Below are positions 1-8,038 of a DNA stretch of 64,000 nt, in pieces. The notes below the pieces were generated by a model. That model ran no database searches. It saw only the letters and a list, made by a program, of their open reading frames with translations, and was not told the origin of the DNA. This stretch comes from a virus, in IMG/VR virus record IMGVR_UViG_3300032308_001297, positions 32,001-96,000 of that record; one strand, 5' to 3'. Each line of letters begins with the position of its first letter. The stretch's first letter is position 1. The position numbers and the translations under genes are program-made.

Positions 1-2
1 TT

Positions 3-163
3 GATTTATGTAAAGACTTCATTAGAGAAAACGAAATAACCTCGAGCGACTCTCTTTACGATAGAGATTCTCTTCAATTACAAGCATTAGAACTATTAGA
101 ACAAATTTGTGATCTTATTGGTTACCACGAGGATGAAGAAGAATTAGGTTTTGAAGAGGAATA
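3..163 (+). CDS. 3' end of an acidic hypothetical protein (partial)
   Basis: Open frame from the window edge, DLCKDFIRENE...EEELGFEEE*, stop TAA 161-163. Confidence 0.6.
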
Positions 164-189
164 AATATCCCGAAGGAGTTTCGGGATGT
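160..189 (+). promoter_or_regulatory. Late-promoter variant AATAAATA overlapping an RBS/start-sequestering hairpin
   Basis: AATAAATA 160-167; stem ATCCCGAA(167-174)/TTCGGGAT(180-187) with GGAGT loop; ATG at 186 lies in the stem. Confidence 0.55.
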
Positions 190-596
190 CATGGATATAT
201 AATGGTGATGTTGTGGAAGAGATTGGTAATTATATTGGTTTTGTTTATATGATTACCAATCTACGAACAAATAAAAGATACATTGGTAAGAAAAACTTTT
301 ATTTCTCAAAAACCAAACAAATTAAAGGTAAGAAAAAAAGATTCAAAGTAGAGTCTGATTGGAGAGACTACTTTGGTTCTAATGATGAACTCAATCATCA
401 CGTTAATATAATCGGCGAAACTCAATTCAAAAGAGAAATCCTTAGATTTTGCACTTCTAAAGGCGAAATGTCATATTTCGAAGCAAAATATCAATTTCAA
501 TACGATGTTTTAGAATCAGATCAATTTTATAACAGCTGGATCTCTTGTAAGATACATAAAAAGCATTTGACTTTTCTGAAAAAGAAGGTATTATAA
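186..596 (+). CDS. GIY-YIG nuclease, T4 endonuclease II (DenA)-like
   Basis: GFVY-x(10)-YIG motif, YFGS, downstream E and FYN motifs; 136 aa. Confidence 0.75.
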   Translation: MSWIYNGDVVEEIGNYIGFVYMITNLRTNKRYIGKKNFYFSKTKQIKGKKKRFKVESDWRDYFGSNDELNHHVNIIGETQFKREILRFCTSKGEMSYFEAKYQFQYDVLESDQFYNSWISCKIHKKHLTFLKKKVL

Positions 597-1282
597 TGTA
601 TAATTTTGACGATGATGCTTTGGAAAAGGCTATAGTCATAAAAAATGTTTTACCTGTAGATTATTTTAATTATGTCAAATCTTCTATTTGTTATAACCCC
701 AAATTTCCATGGAATCTTTTTTCTTTAGGTAAAAGAGAAAAACTTATAGAACCTGGATATCCTTTCTTTTATAACTATCAAACAAAACAATATTCTTCTG
801 AGAACAAATACGAAACTAGCTTTGAACATTTAGCAGTCAAAGACGGAGTTTCTTTAACAGAATATGGAGATCTTGGAAAACAAGTTCTTTGTAAAATATC
901 TGAAAACATTAGTATGAAACTAAGGCGTATCTTTAGAATAAGATATGGCTTGCTTTTACCAAACGAAGATGGTAAGATAATAAACCATCCCCATGTAGAT
1001 ACAGAACATAAACATTTAGTGGGATTGTTGTATCTCACAACTAGTGATGGTGAAACAGTTTTATACAATCAAACGTATGATTACTCTACTGCAGAATCAA
1101 AAACAAGCGTTCATACTTTTAAACAAATTTTAGAAGATGGAGGATTTACTGTTAGAGAGAAAATCAAATCTGTAGAAAACACTTTTGTTATTTTTCAAGG
1201 ATGGCGATTTCATTCTAGTACTTGCCCTACAGACGTTGAAGAAAGAATGACTATCAATTTTAACTTTGATTTGGAGGTGTGA
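596..1282 (+). CDS. 2OG-Fe(II) oxygenase-like protein
   Basis: HVD...LLYL...FHSS...R-x-TINFN pattern. Confidence 0.7.
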   Translation: MYNFDDDALEKAIVIKNVLPVDYFNYVKSSICYNPKFPWNLFSLGKREKLIEPGYPFFYNYQTKQYSSENKYETSFEHLAVKDGVSLTEYGDLGKQVLCKISENISMKLRRIFRIRYGLLLPNEDGKIINHPHVDTEHKHLVGLLYLTTSDGETVLYNQTYDYSTAESKTSVHTFKQILEDGGFTVREKIKSVENTFVIFQGWRFHSSTCPTDVEERMTINFNFDLEV

Positions 1283-1283
1283 G

Positions 1284-1382
1284 ATGTCATGGCCACACAA
1301 GAATCGTCCTCGTAAGGGACGTAGAAAGATCGGCTCAACAAAACGTAAATCACGTAGGTTGAAAGGTCGTAAGAAGAAGTAA
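1284..1382 (+). CDS. 32-aa extremely basic micro-protein (below ORF-track cutoff)
   Basis: GGAGG SD then ATG 1284; MSWPHKNRPRKGRRKIGSTKRKSRRLKGRKKK*; fills the gap exactly between neighbours. Confidence 0.7.
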   Translation: MSWPHKNRPRKGRRKIGSTKRKSRRLKGRKKK

Positions 1383-1383
1383 A

Positions 1384-1839
1384 ATGAAACTGAATCTGGA
1401 CCATGTTAGAGAATATATTAATGAAACTTCTTTATCGACTAGAATCTATATTGGTTCAGATTCAGCAAGATTTAAAAAAGGTGATGTTTGGTTTGCTGAG
1501 TATGCTACTGTTGTTGTCATTCATTACGATGGCTGTAGAGGTTGTAAAATATTTGGCCAACTAGAAAAAGAGAGAGATTATGATCAGAAACGTGATAAGC
1601 CACGTATGCGTCTTATGAATGAAGTTATAAAGACGGCGCAAATGTATATTGAACTAGAAGAATCAATTGGGCAACGTCACGTAGAAATACATTTGGATAT
1701 TAATCCAAACGAGAAATATGGTTCTCATTGTGTGATTTCAGAAGCAGTAGGTTATATTAAAGGGATGTGCAACGTAACTCCTTTTGTTAAACCAAAAGCC
1801 TTCGCTGCCAGCATAGCGGCCGACCGTTTATTGGCATAA
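1384..1839 (+). CDS. RNase H-like YkuK (DUF458) family protein
   Basis: YIGSDS, YATVVVIH, RLMNEV, HLDIN and KPxAFAASxAADR motifs. Confidence 0.75.
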   Translation: MKLNLDHVREYINETSLSTRIYIGSDSARFKKGDVWFAEYATVVVIHYDGCRGCKIFGQLEKERDYDQKRDKPRMRLMNEVIKTAQMYIELEESIGQRHVEIHLDINPNEKYGSHCVISEAVGYIKGMCNVTPFVKPKAFAASIAADRLLA

Positions 1840-1842
1840 TTA

Positions 1843-1919
1843 GGGAATGTAGCACAATTGGTTAGTGCCGTTCGCTCATAACGGACTGGTTGTAGGTTCG
1901 AGTCCTACCGTTCCCACCA
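1843..1919 (+). tRNA. tRNA with CAT anticodon, probably tRNA-Ile2 (lysidine type)
   Basis: Acceptor GGGAATG/CGTTCCC, anticodon arm GTTCG-CTCATAA-CGGAC, GTTCGAGTC T-loop, encoded CCA; G1-C72 pair argues against initiator. Confidence 0.9.
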
Positions 1920-1936
1920 ATCATAAAGGAAAAAGT

Positions 1937-2350
1937 ATGAAATATATTATTGCACTAGTAGCAATACTAGTAACTACAACTGCGCAAGCAGGGTTTATAG
2001 ATGATCTATTTGGTGGATTCGAACAATCACAGGTTCGAAATTCCAAATATAATAAGCATTCCAAGCATATAAATAATTATTCCACTGGTGGCGGACACAA
2101 CGCCTCGTGGTATAATGACCGGAGCGGACGGACAGCATCCGGTATGCGTCACCATTATGGTGTTGCGCATAAAACCTTACCGTTTGGTGCAAGGGTTTGT
2201 ATCCACAATCCCTCAAATGGTAGGCAAGTAGAAGCCGTTGTAACCGATAGAGGGCCATTCGTCAAAGGAAGAACTATTGACGTCAATCAAAATGTGGCTC
2301 GTGCCCTTGGTTTCTCAGGAACCGCACATCTAAATTACCATCCGTGTTGA
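1937..2350 (+). CDS. RlpA-like (DPBB) lytic transglycosylase with signal peptide
   Basis: Signal peptide MKYIIALVAILVTTTAQA; ASWY, TASG, AHKTLPFG, VTDRGPF, IDV motifs; start moved to 1937 (after the tRNA, AAGGA SD). Confidence 0.85.
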   Translation: MKYIIALVAILVTTTAQAGFIDDLFGGFEQSQVRNSKYNKHSKHINNYSTGGGHNASWYNDRSGRTASGMRHHYGVAHKTLPFGARVCIHNPSNGRQVEAVVTDRGPFVKGRTIDVNQNVARALGFSGTAHLNYHPC

Positions 2351-2385
2351 GGGTCGGTTGCACATAACAGAAAGGTAAATTCCAT

Positions 2386-2913
2386 ATGAAGAAGATTATT
2401 CTAGCTGCGATGACAGCAGCTGCTATGCTTGCATTTGCAAGTTCGGCGGAAGCAAGAGTTCATTACGGCAAACGTAGTCAGTATTCAGCAAATCTCGAAG
2501 AACCAGATACACTAGTATCGATCTTCGATGGTTGGGGGGATGTTACTCCTCAGCTACGTTTTAAAAACAAACGACAGGCTCGCGAATACGGCGAGCGTAG
2601 AGAAGCAAACTATGGTTTTGAGCGTGCCGATGAATCTTATTCGGGTTCAATCGTAGCTCTTGGTCATCAGCTTCAGCATCAGGGTCTCCGTGTGTCTGAG
2701 CATCCATCATTTGGTGGAGTGCACCATGTTCATCATGGCTGGGCGCACTACGCAGGACGTGCGATCGACATAAATGTTGGTCGTGGAGTTTACGAGGCTC
2801 ATTCAGCGTATGCACATAATTTTGATCATCTCGCTGCACAATTAAGGTCAGAGGGATACACAGTCCTTTGGCGTGTTCCTGGTCATTATAACCATATGCA
2901 CGTTCAAAAATAA
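2386..2913 (+). CDS. Exported M15-like (LAS) zinc peptidase
   Basis: Signal peptide ...SSAEA; HYAGRAIDI (H-x6-D) and HYNHMHV (HxH) zinc motifs. Confidence 0.65.
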   Translation: MKKIILAAMTAAAMLAFASSAEARVHYGKRSQYSANLEEPDTLVSIFDGWGDVTPQLRFKNKRQAREYGERREANYGFERADESYSGSIVALGHQLQHQGLRVSEHPSFGGVHHVHHGWAHYAGRAIDINVGRGVYEAHSAYAHNFDHLAAQLRSEGYTVLWRVPGHYNHMHVQK

Positions 2914-2918
2914 CAACG

Positions 2919-2950
2919 AGGGTGGCAATGTCCGTGCCACCCTTTTTCTT
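2919..2950 (+). terminator. Rho-independent terminator
   Basis: AGGGTGGCA-atgtccg-TGCCACCCT followed by TTTTCTT. Confidence 0.8.
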
Positions 2951-2964
2951 AACGGGAGGATAAT

Positions 2965-3531
2965 TTGAATATAGAAAAAGAAAAAGACGCTCAAGATATT
3001 CCTGATATTGAAGCACATCACTATTATCTATTCAATTCTACATTCGATGCAAGTTCTACTGGCGATGCTTTGAAATTCATTCTTGCCCGTAATCTAATAA
3101 AAAAAGATCGCCCGAAGTTTATGAAATTTATCATTAATTCTCCAGGTGGTGAAGTTCCTTCTGCATTTGCTCTCATCGACACGATGAAGGGTTCAAAGAT
3201 TCCGGTATACACATATGGTCTTGGTGAAATTGCTTCTTGTGGTTTACTTACGTTTATGTCTGGAGAAAAAGGACATCGTTACATTACTCGAAATACCGCA
3301 ATTCTATCCCACCAGTTCTCATGGGGATCTATGGGTAAAGAACACGAATTGATGGCATCGGTTAAAGAGTTTAACAATACCAGTCAGCGTATCGTAGATC
3401 ACTATCGTAAATGCACTGGACAGACAGAAGCAGTTATTAAGAAATTTTTACTACCACCAGAAGATGTTTGGCTAACTCCCAAGGAGGCAATAAAATATGG
3501 CATCGCGGATCACATTGTGGATTTTTATTGA
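2965..3531 (+). CDS. clpP: ClpP-like serine protease subunit
   Basis: INSPGGEV, GEIASCG (Ser), ILSHQ (His), EAIKYGIADHI. Confidence 0.85.
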   Translation: MNIEKEKDAQDIPDIEAHHYYLFNSTFDASSTGDALKFILARNLIKKDRPKFMKFIINSPGGEVPSAFALIDTMKGSKIPVYTYGLGEIASCGLLTFMSGEKGHRYITRNTAILSHQFSWGSMGKEHELMASVKEFNNTSQRIVDHYRKCTGQTEAVIKKFLLPPEDVWLTPKEAIKYGIADHIVDFY

Positions 3532-3733
3532 GTGGCTAGCAACTGTAGTTTTGATAGTTGGAGTGGCGCTAACGTCATGGAACATATATCCAGCTAATAT
3601 ATACGTAAGTGCTGCTGGAAATTTACTATGGTTTGTAGTGGGTTGGCTCTGGAGAAAATGGTCTCTTATTACCATCCAAATCATAGTTACTGGTATATAC
3701 TTGGTAGGAATGTGGAAGTATTGGTTCTTATAA
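3497..3733 (+). CDS. Small three-TM membrane protein
   Basis: 78 aa, three hydrophobic segments. Confidence 0.6.
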   Translation: MASRITLWIFIEWLATVVLIVGVALTSWNIYPANIYVSAAGNLLWFVVGWLWRKWSLITIQIIVTGIYLVGMWKYWFL

Positions 3734-3736
3734 ATA
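3729..3736 (+). promoter_or_regulatory. T4-type late promoter
   Basis: Exact TATAAATA 18 nt upstream of ATG 3755. Confidence 0.75.
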
Positions 3737-3754
3737 ATGCAAAAAGGAATCAGT

Positions 3755-4477
3755 ATGCATAACTTCTCAGAATTTATTGCCGAGTTAAAAATAACTCTAC
3801 AGTGCCACGACGAACTCAATCCTAAACTCTGGGATGGCGAGAAACTAAAGCCAGAAGTTCGTAAGGCTCTAATTAAATTCGGAGAAACTTGGGCTGAGTT
3901 CGCAAAGATTCCCAAGAGTATGATTGAAGATATCGTAATGACAGGCGGTAATACTAATTTTAATTATACTTCTAAATCAGATATCGACGTTCATCTTATC
4001 GTAGATCGATCTAAACTTTTTAGTGACGCAAAATTCGTCGAAGAATATCTACAAGATAAAAAGTCTTTATGGACTTTATCACACGATGTTAATGTATATG
4101 GTTATCCTCTAGAACCATACGCCCAAGACAAGAGCATTAAGTATCCAAAAGATCAGGGCGTTTATTCTCTTAAAAACGATGAATGGTTAAAGAAACCTGG
4201 TAAGTGCGAATATGACTATCAGGGAGACAATCTTCTAAAGCAGAAGGTTAAGCATTATATGCATGCTATTGATCATCTAATAAAACATAAGATGGGTGAA
4301 GGTGCAGTTAATCTTTTAAAAACAAAACTAAAAAACATGCGAGCCGCTGGTATCCAGCAATATGGAGAATATTCCAGAGAGAACCTAGTATTCAAAGAGC
4401 TCCGTAACAGAGGCTATCTTGATAAAATGAATGCATACGACAAAGGTGTGCAAGATCAAGAGCTCTCTCTTAAATAA
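3755..4477 (+). CDS. Pol-beta superfamily nucleotidyltransferase with N-terminal capsid-targeting-like sequence
   Basis: MTGGNTNFNYTSKSDIDVH (hG[GS]-x-DxD); start at 3755 (AAGGA SD) gives MHNFSEFIAE. Confidence 0.75.
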   Translation: MHNFSEFIAELKITLQCHDELNPKLWDGEKLKPEVRKALIKFGETWAEFAKIPKSMIEDIVMTGGNTNFNYTSKSDIDVHLIVDRSKLFSDAKFVEEYLQDKKSLWTLSHDVNVYGYPLEPYAQDKSIKYPKDQGVYSLKNDEWLKKPGKCEYDYQGDNLLKQKVKHYMHAIDHLIKHKMGEGAVNLLKTKLKNMRAAGIQQYGEYSRENLVFKELRNRGYLDKMNAYDKGVQDQELSLK

Positions 4478-4480
4478 ATA

Positions 4481-4509
4481 TTGCTTTTCTACTAAAAATA
4501 AGTTATAAT
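4481..4509 (+). promoter_or_regulatory. sigma70-type promoter
   Basis: TTGCTT-17 bp-TATAAT in an intergenic gap. Confidence 0.65.
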
Positions 4510-4534
4510 GTTCTTGACTTAAATGGAGGTTATT

Positions 4535-4654
4535 ATGCATATGAGCAGCGAATTAGAATATATGGTTGAGACAGATATGCTTCTGCTAGGTTATAATCCT
4601 TATAACCCTGCAGATGTTAATAAGTATTGGGAGATTTATTTCTATGGCTATTGA
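4535..4654 (+). CDS. 39-aa hypothetical protein
   Basis: GGAGG SD; MHMSSELEYMVETDMLLLGYNPYNPADVNKYWEIYFYGY*. Confidence 0.55.
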   Translation: MHMSSELEYMVETDMLLLGYNPYNPADVNKYWEIYFYGY

Positions 4655-4919
4655 GATTTATTCGAAGAACAATTGCTCTTTTTGCGAACAAGCAAAACAA
4701 ATCTTACGCACACACGGAAAAGATTATATCGAGTATAAGCTCGACGAAGATTTCACACGCGAGATCCTTCTATCAAAGTTTCCAGAAGCTAAGACGTTTC
4801 CTGTGATTGTTCTCGACGGTTTCAATATCGGTGGGTTTGAACAATTGAAGCGCCATCTCACAGAAGAGACTTCAGACCCTAGAAAGATTCTATTGGAAGA
4901 TAATTACTACGGAGCATAA
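4644..4919 (+). CDS. Glutaredoxin (NrdC-like)
   Basis: CSFC active site, TFPVI, IGGF; start moved to ATG 4644. Confidence 0.85.
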   Translation: MAIEIYSKNNCSFCEQAKQILRTHGKDYIEYKLDEDFTREILLSKFPEAKTFPVIVLDGFNIGGFEQLKRHLTEETSDPRKILLEDNYYGA

Positions 4920-4922
4920 ATT

Positions 4923-5204
4923 ATGGCTACTTATGATCGCGACACTCTGATGAAAGATTTGCAGAAAAATGTTGTTGCAGTTTATTTCACAAAAGTTAAT
5001 GGCGAAAAACGAGAGATGCGTTGCACTCTCATGCCAGGTTTGCTTCCTCCAACATATGTCCAAGAAGAAGCAGATGTAAAGAAATTCCATGATGAGAACA
5101 GAGAAGTTCTTGCTGTGTGGGATGTGATGAAGGGTGGATGGCGTTCGTTTCGCATCGACTCTATAGAGTATGTTCAGGTCTTAGATCCGTATCAATACTT
5201 TTAA
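4923..5204 (+). CDS. SH3-like/WYL_2 (DUF2693-like) conserved T4-like protein
   Basis: FTKVNGEKREMRCTL and GWRSFRIDS motifs. Confidence 0.7.
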   Translation: MATYDRDTLMKDLQKNVVAVYFTKVNGEKREMRCTLMPGLLPPTYVQEEADVKKFHDENREVLAVWDVMKGGWRSFRIDSIEYVQVLDPYQYF

Positions 5205-5214
5205 GGAGATGTAA

Positions 5215-5577
5215 ATGAACGAAAACGCTTACTGGGGTTATCACCTAATCGTTAATGCGGGAGGCTGCAACAAGGCTGCTATTACCGATCATGGAACGAT
5301 TTACGATTTCGCCAAGGAACTTGTAGAGAAAATAGAAATGGTGGCTTATGGAGAGCCACAGATTGTTTTCTTTGGAGAAGGTAATAAAGAAGGTTACACT
5401 CTTGTTCAATTAATAGAAACAAGTAACATTTGTGCGCATTTTGTTAACGAAACTGGTGATATGTACCTGGATGTTTTTTCGTGTAAAACATTCGATAAGG
5501 ATGTTGTCTTAAATCTTGTTGATGATTATTTCCTACCGTCAAGGGTAAATACTACATACCTCGAAAGACAAGCATAA
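5215..5577 (+). CDS. Pyruvoyl-dependent AdoMet decarboxylase (SpeD)-like protein
   Basis: GYHLI, GYTLVQLIETSNICAH, YLDVFSCK. Confidence 0.75.
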   Translation: MNENAYWGYHLIVNAGGCNKAAITDHGTIYDFAKELVEKIEMVAYGEPQIVFFGEGNKEGYTLVQLIETSNICAHFVNETGDMYLDVFSCKTFDKDVVLNLVDDYFLPSRVNTTYLERQA

Positions 5578-5592
5578 CAACTGGAGTTTGTA

Positions 5593-6423
5593 ATGAATAT
5601 TATTTGGTCTGATTTTGATGCCGATTCAGAATGGTCTGTGAAACAACGCGAAGCAAAACAAGTAAATGGTCCAGAATATTGGCCAACGATGCGGGAAGTG
5701 TTCAAGCATGATTGTGCTACGCTCCCGCTAAATCGTTTTCGTTTATGGGCTAGTATCCATAACGTTCCTCTTGTAACTCAATATCGCACTTCTCGTTTCT
5801 TTGGCGAAGCATTTTATCATGCTTATCGCGACTCAGAAATCTATGAGGCTCTAGTAGAAAATTGGATTGGTATACCAGAAGCAATGGCTGGTGCACTTCG
5901 TCCAACTAATGATTTTGATACTTCAACACAGCGTATTCAGAACCTTGGTCATCTTATGATTACTGGGTTTGGTAAAGAGAAGCTACGTTCAATCAAGTCA
6001 ATTGTTGAGATTGGTGCTGGATATGGTGATATGTGTTCGCTTATCCACGATCTTGGATTCCAAGGCGAATATACTATCGTTGACATTCCAGAGACTCAGC
6101 CAGTTCAAGAGTTCTATCTTGGCAAGCAGGGCATCACGCCTAAGTGGTCATTTGAAGATGATAATGTAACACATGCTGATCTAGTTATTGCTACATGGTC
6201 ATTGTCTGAGACTCCACTCGAATATCGTGCGCAGCTGATGCCAAAGATTGATCAGTCAAAGAACTGGTTAATCATGGCGCAGTCTGAAGTTTTTGGTCAG
6301 AAAGTCAATGACGAATACTTCACTAACTTCTTCAAGGATAAGAACCTAACAAAGATTCCTCTTGGTTCTGAAGATATGAAGCAGTGGGATGGAGACAATA
6401 ATTATTATGTTGTGAGGGATTAA
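5593..6423 (+). CDS. Putative sugar O-methyltransferase (class I SAM)
   Basis: IVEIGAGYG, YTIVDIPE, DLVIATWSLSE motifs. Confidence 0.7.
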   Translation: MNIIWSDFDADSEWSVKQREAKQVNGPEYWPTMREVFKHDCATLPLNRFRLWASIHNVPLVTQYRTSRFFGEAFYHAYRDSEIYEALVENWIGIPEAMAGALRPTNDFDTSTQRIQNLGHLMITGFGKEKLRSIKSIVEIGAGYGDMCSLIHDLGFQGEYTIVDIPETQPVQEFYLGKQGITPKWSFEDDNVTHADLVIATWSLSETPLEYRAQLMPKIDQSKNWLIMAQSEVFGQKVNDEYFTNFFKDKNLTKIPLGSEDMKQWDGDNNYYVVRD

Positions 6424-6932
6424 TGCTTAATAATGGTTCAACGCCATCAACTGATATGTATTATGGATGTACCGAAAAAAATGTTTGGCGTCCGGGTAGC
6501 GGTATTACATTCGGCACCTTTGATCTATTACATTCTGGTCATATTACTATGCTTGAGCAGTGTAGAAGTCAGTGCGATTATTTAATTGTTGGGTTACAAT
6601 CTGACCCAACAATCGATCGTCCTGATACTAAGAACCGTCCAGTTCAGTCTCTTTTTGAAAGATATGCGCAGTTATCTTCTAGCCGCTTTGTCGACCAAAT
6701 TATTCCCTATGATACAGAAGAGGACTTGGCAAATATGCTAAGTATCCTGGATGTTAAAAAGAGATTCCTTGGCGAAGAATATAATGGCCAGTTTATCTAT
6801 GCTGGTGATGTTTGCAAGCTAAGAAATATTGAATTAGTTTACATCGAACGCAAACACAATTATTCATCATCAAATCTAAGGACCAGAGTATATGCTAGAG
6901 AGTTGTCAAAACGCACCAATAATCCATCTTGA
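6423..6932 (+). CDS. Cytidylyltransferase family (TagD/HldE-II-like) nucleotidyltransferase
   Basis: GTFDLLHSGH (HxGH), LIVGL, RKHNYSSSNLR. Confidence 0.85.
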   Translation: MLNNGSTPSTDMYYGCTEKNVWRPGSGITFGTFDLLHSGHITMLEQCRSQCDYLIVGLQSDPTIDRPDTKNRPVQSLFERYAQLSSSRFVDQIIPYDTEEDLANMLSILDVKKRFLGEEYNGQFIYAGDVCKLRNIELVYIERKHNYSSSNLRTRVYARELSKRTNNPS

Positions 6933-7446
6933 ATATTTTGCACAGCAAGCACAAAATCTTGAAGGTCTAATATTAGAATTTGGTGTAGCCAAAGGCAGAA
7001 CAATCACAAAGATCGCTCAAACATTACCAGAAAGAACGGTATATGGATTTGATTGGTTTCAAGGGTTGCCAGAAGATTGGGCAAATGGATATATGGCTGG
7101 GCATTTTGCTTGCGATAAACCAACAGATCTACCAGAGAACGTAGTAATCGTAGAAGGATTATTCAAGAAAACAGTTCCAGGATTTATTAAAGAACATAAA
7201 GATGAGAAGGTTGCTTTCATGCATGTTGATTGCGACATCTATTCATCCGCCAAATATGTTCTTGATAAGTTCGAAAAGAAATTCCAAGATGGTTCAATTG
7301 TTGTCTTTGATGAGTTTATCATATATAATAATTATCAACATCATGAATGGAAAGCATGGCATGAGTTCTTAGAAAAAACTAAGTATAATTACGAAGTGCT
7401 CGGAAGAGCTCACCAAGAAAGTGTAGCATTTAGAATTTACAAGTGA
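6892..7446 (+). CDS. TylF/MycF-like O-methyltransferase
   Basis: LEFGVAKG, YGFDWFQGLPEDW, HVDCDIYSS, VFDE. Confidence 0.8.
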   Translation: MLESCQNAPIIHLEYFAQQAQNLEGLILEFGVAKGRTITKIAQTLPERTVYGFDWFQGLPEDWANGYMAGHFACDKPTDLPENVVIVEGLFKKTVPGFIKEHKDEKVAFMHVDCDIYSSAKYVLDKFEKKFQDGSIVVFDEFIIYNNYQHHEWKAWHEFLEKTKYNYEVLGRAHQESVAFRIYK

Positions 7447-7453
7447 GGATATT

Positions 7454-8038
7454 ATGTCATTTACTGATCAGTATTTTAATGAAGTAGTAGATATTGCCAA
7501 TGAAATCGATAAAAACAAAATTGAGATCATGGCTCGTGGTCTTGCAGACATCACTGCACATGCTGGGCGTGTGTTTGTGCTTGGCGTGGGTGGTAGCGCT
7601 GGTAACGCTTCCCATATGGTTAATGATCTTCGAAAGCTATGTGGGATCGAAGCATACTGCCCCACAGACAACGTTCCAGAACTTACAGCTAGAACGAACG
7701 ACGAAGGGTTTGACACCGTTTTCGAAGGATATCTCAGAGTAAGTAATCTAAACAAGTATGATTGTATCTTTATTCTATCAGTTGGTGGTGGTAATAAAGA
7801 AAAGAATGTATCAGTTGGGCTAGTAAAGGCAATTGATTATGCGAATTATGTTGGCGCTCATGTTTACGGTATTGTCGGCAAGGCAGATGGATACACTGCT
7901 GAAAAAGGGAATTGTGTGGTGGTTATTCCTCAGCTGGCTCCAGACAGAGTCACACCACACTCAGAAGCATTCCAAGGAACAGTCTGGCATTGTTTAGTTT
8001 CTAATCCTGTTTTGCAGAAAAATAAAACAAAATGGTAA
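7454..8038 (+). CDS. gmhA: Sedoheptulose-7-phosphate isomerase (SIS domain)
   Basis: GVGGSAGNASH, LTARTNDEG, SVGGG, PHSE. Confidence 0.8.
   Translation: MSFTDQYFNEVVDIANEIDKNKIEIMARGLADITAHAGRVFVLGVGGSAGNASHMVNDLRKLCGIEAYCPTDNVPELTARTNDEGFDTVFEGYLRVSNLNKYDCIFILSVGGGNKEKNVSVGLVKAIDYANYVGAHVYGIVGKADGYTAEKGNCVVVIPQLAPDRVTPHSEAFQGTVWHCLVSNPVLQKNKTKW

Noticed and set aside
1865-1936. ORF-track N-terminal extension of the RlpA-like gene through tRNA(CAT)
   Set aside because: A good SD, ATG 1937 and a signal peptide lie downstream of the tRNA; the extension is incidental
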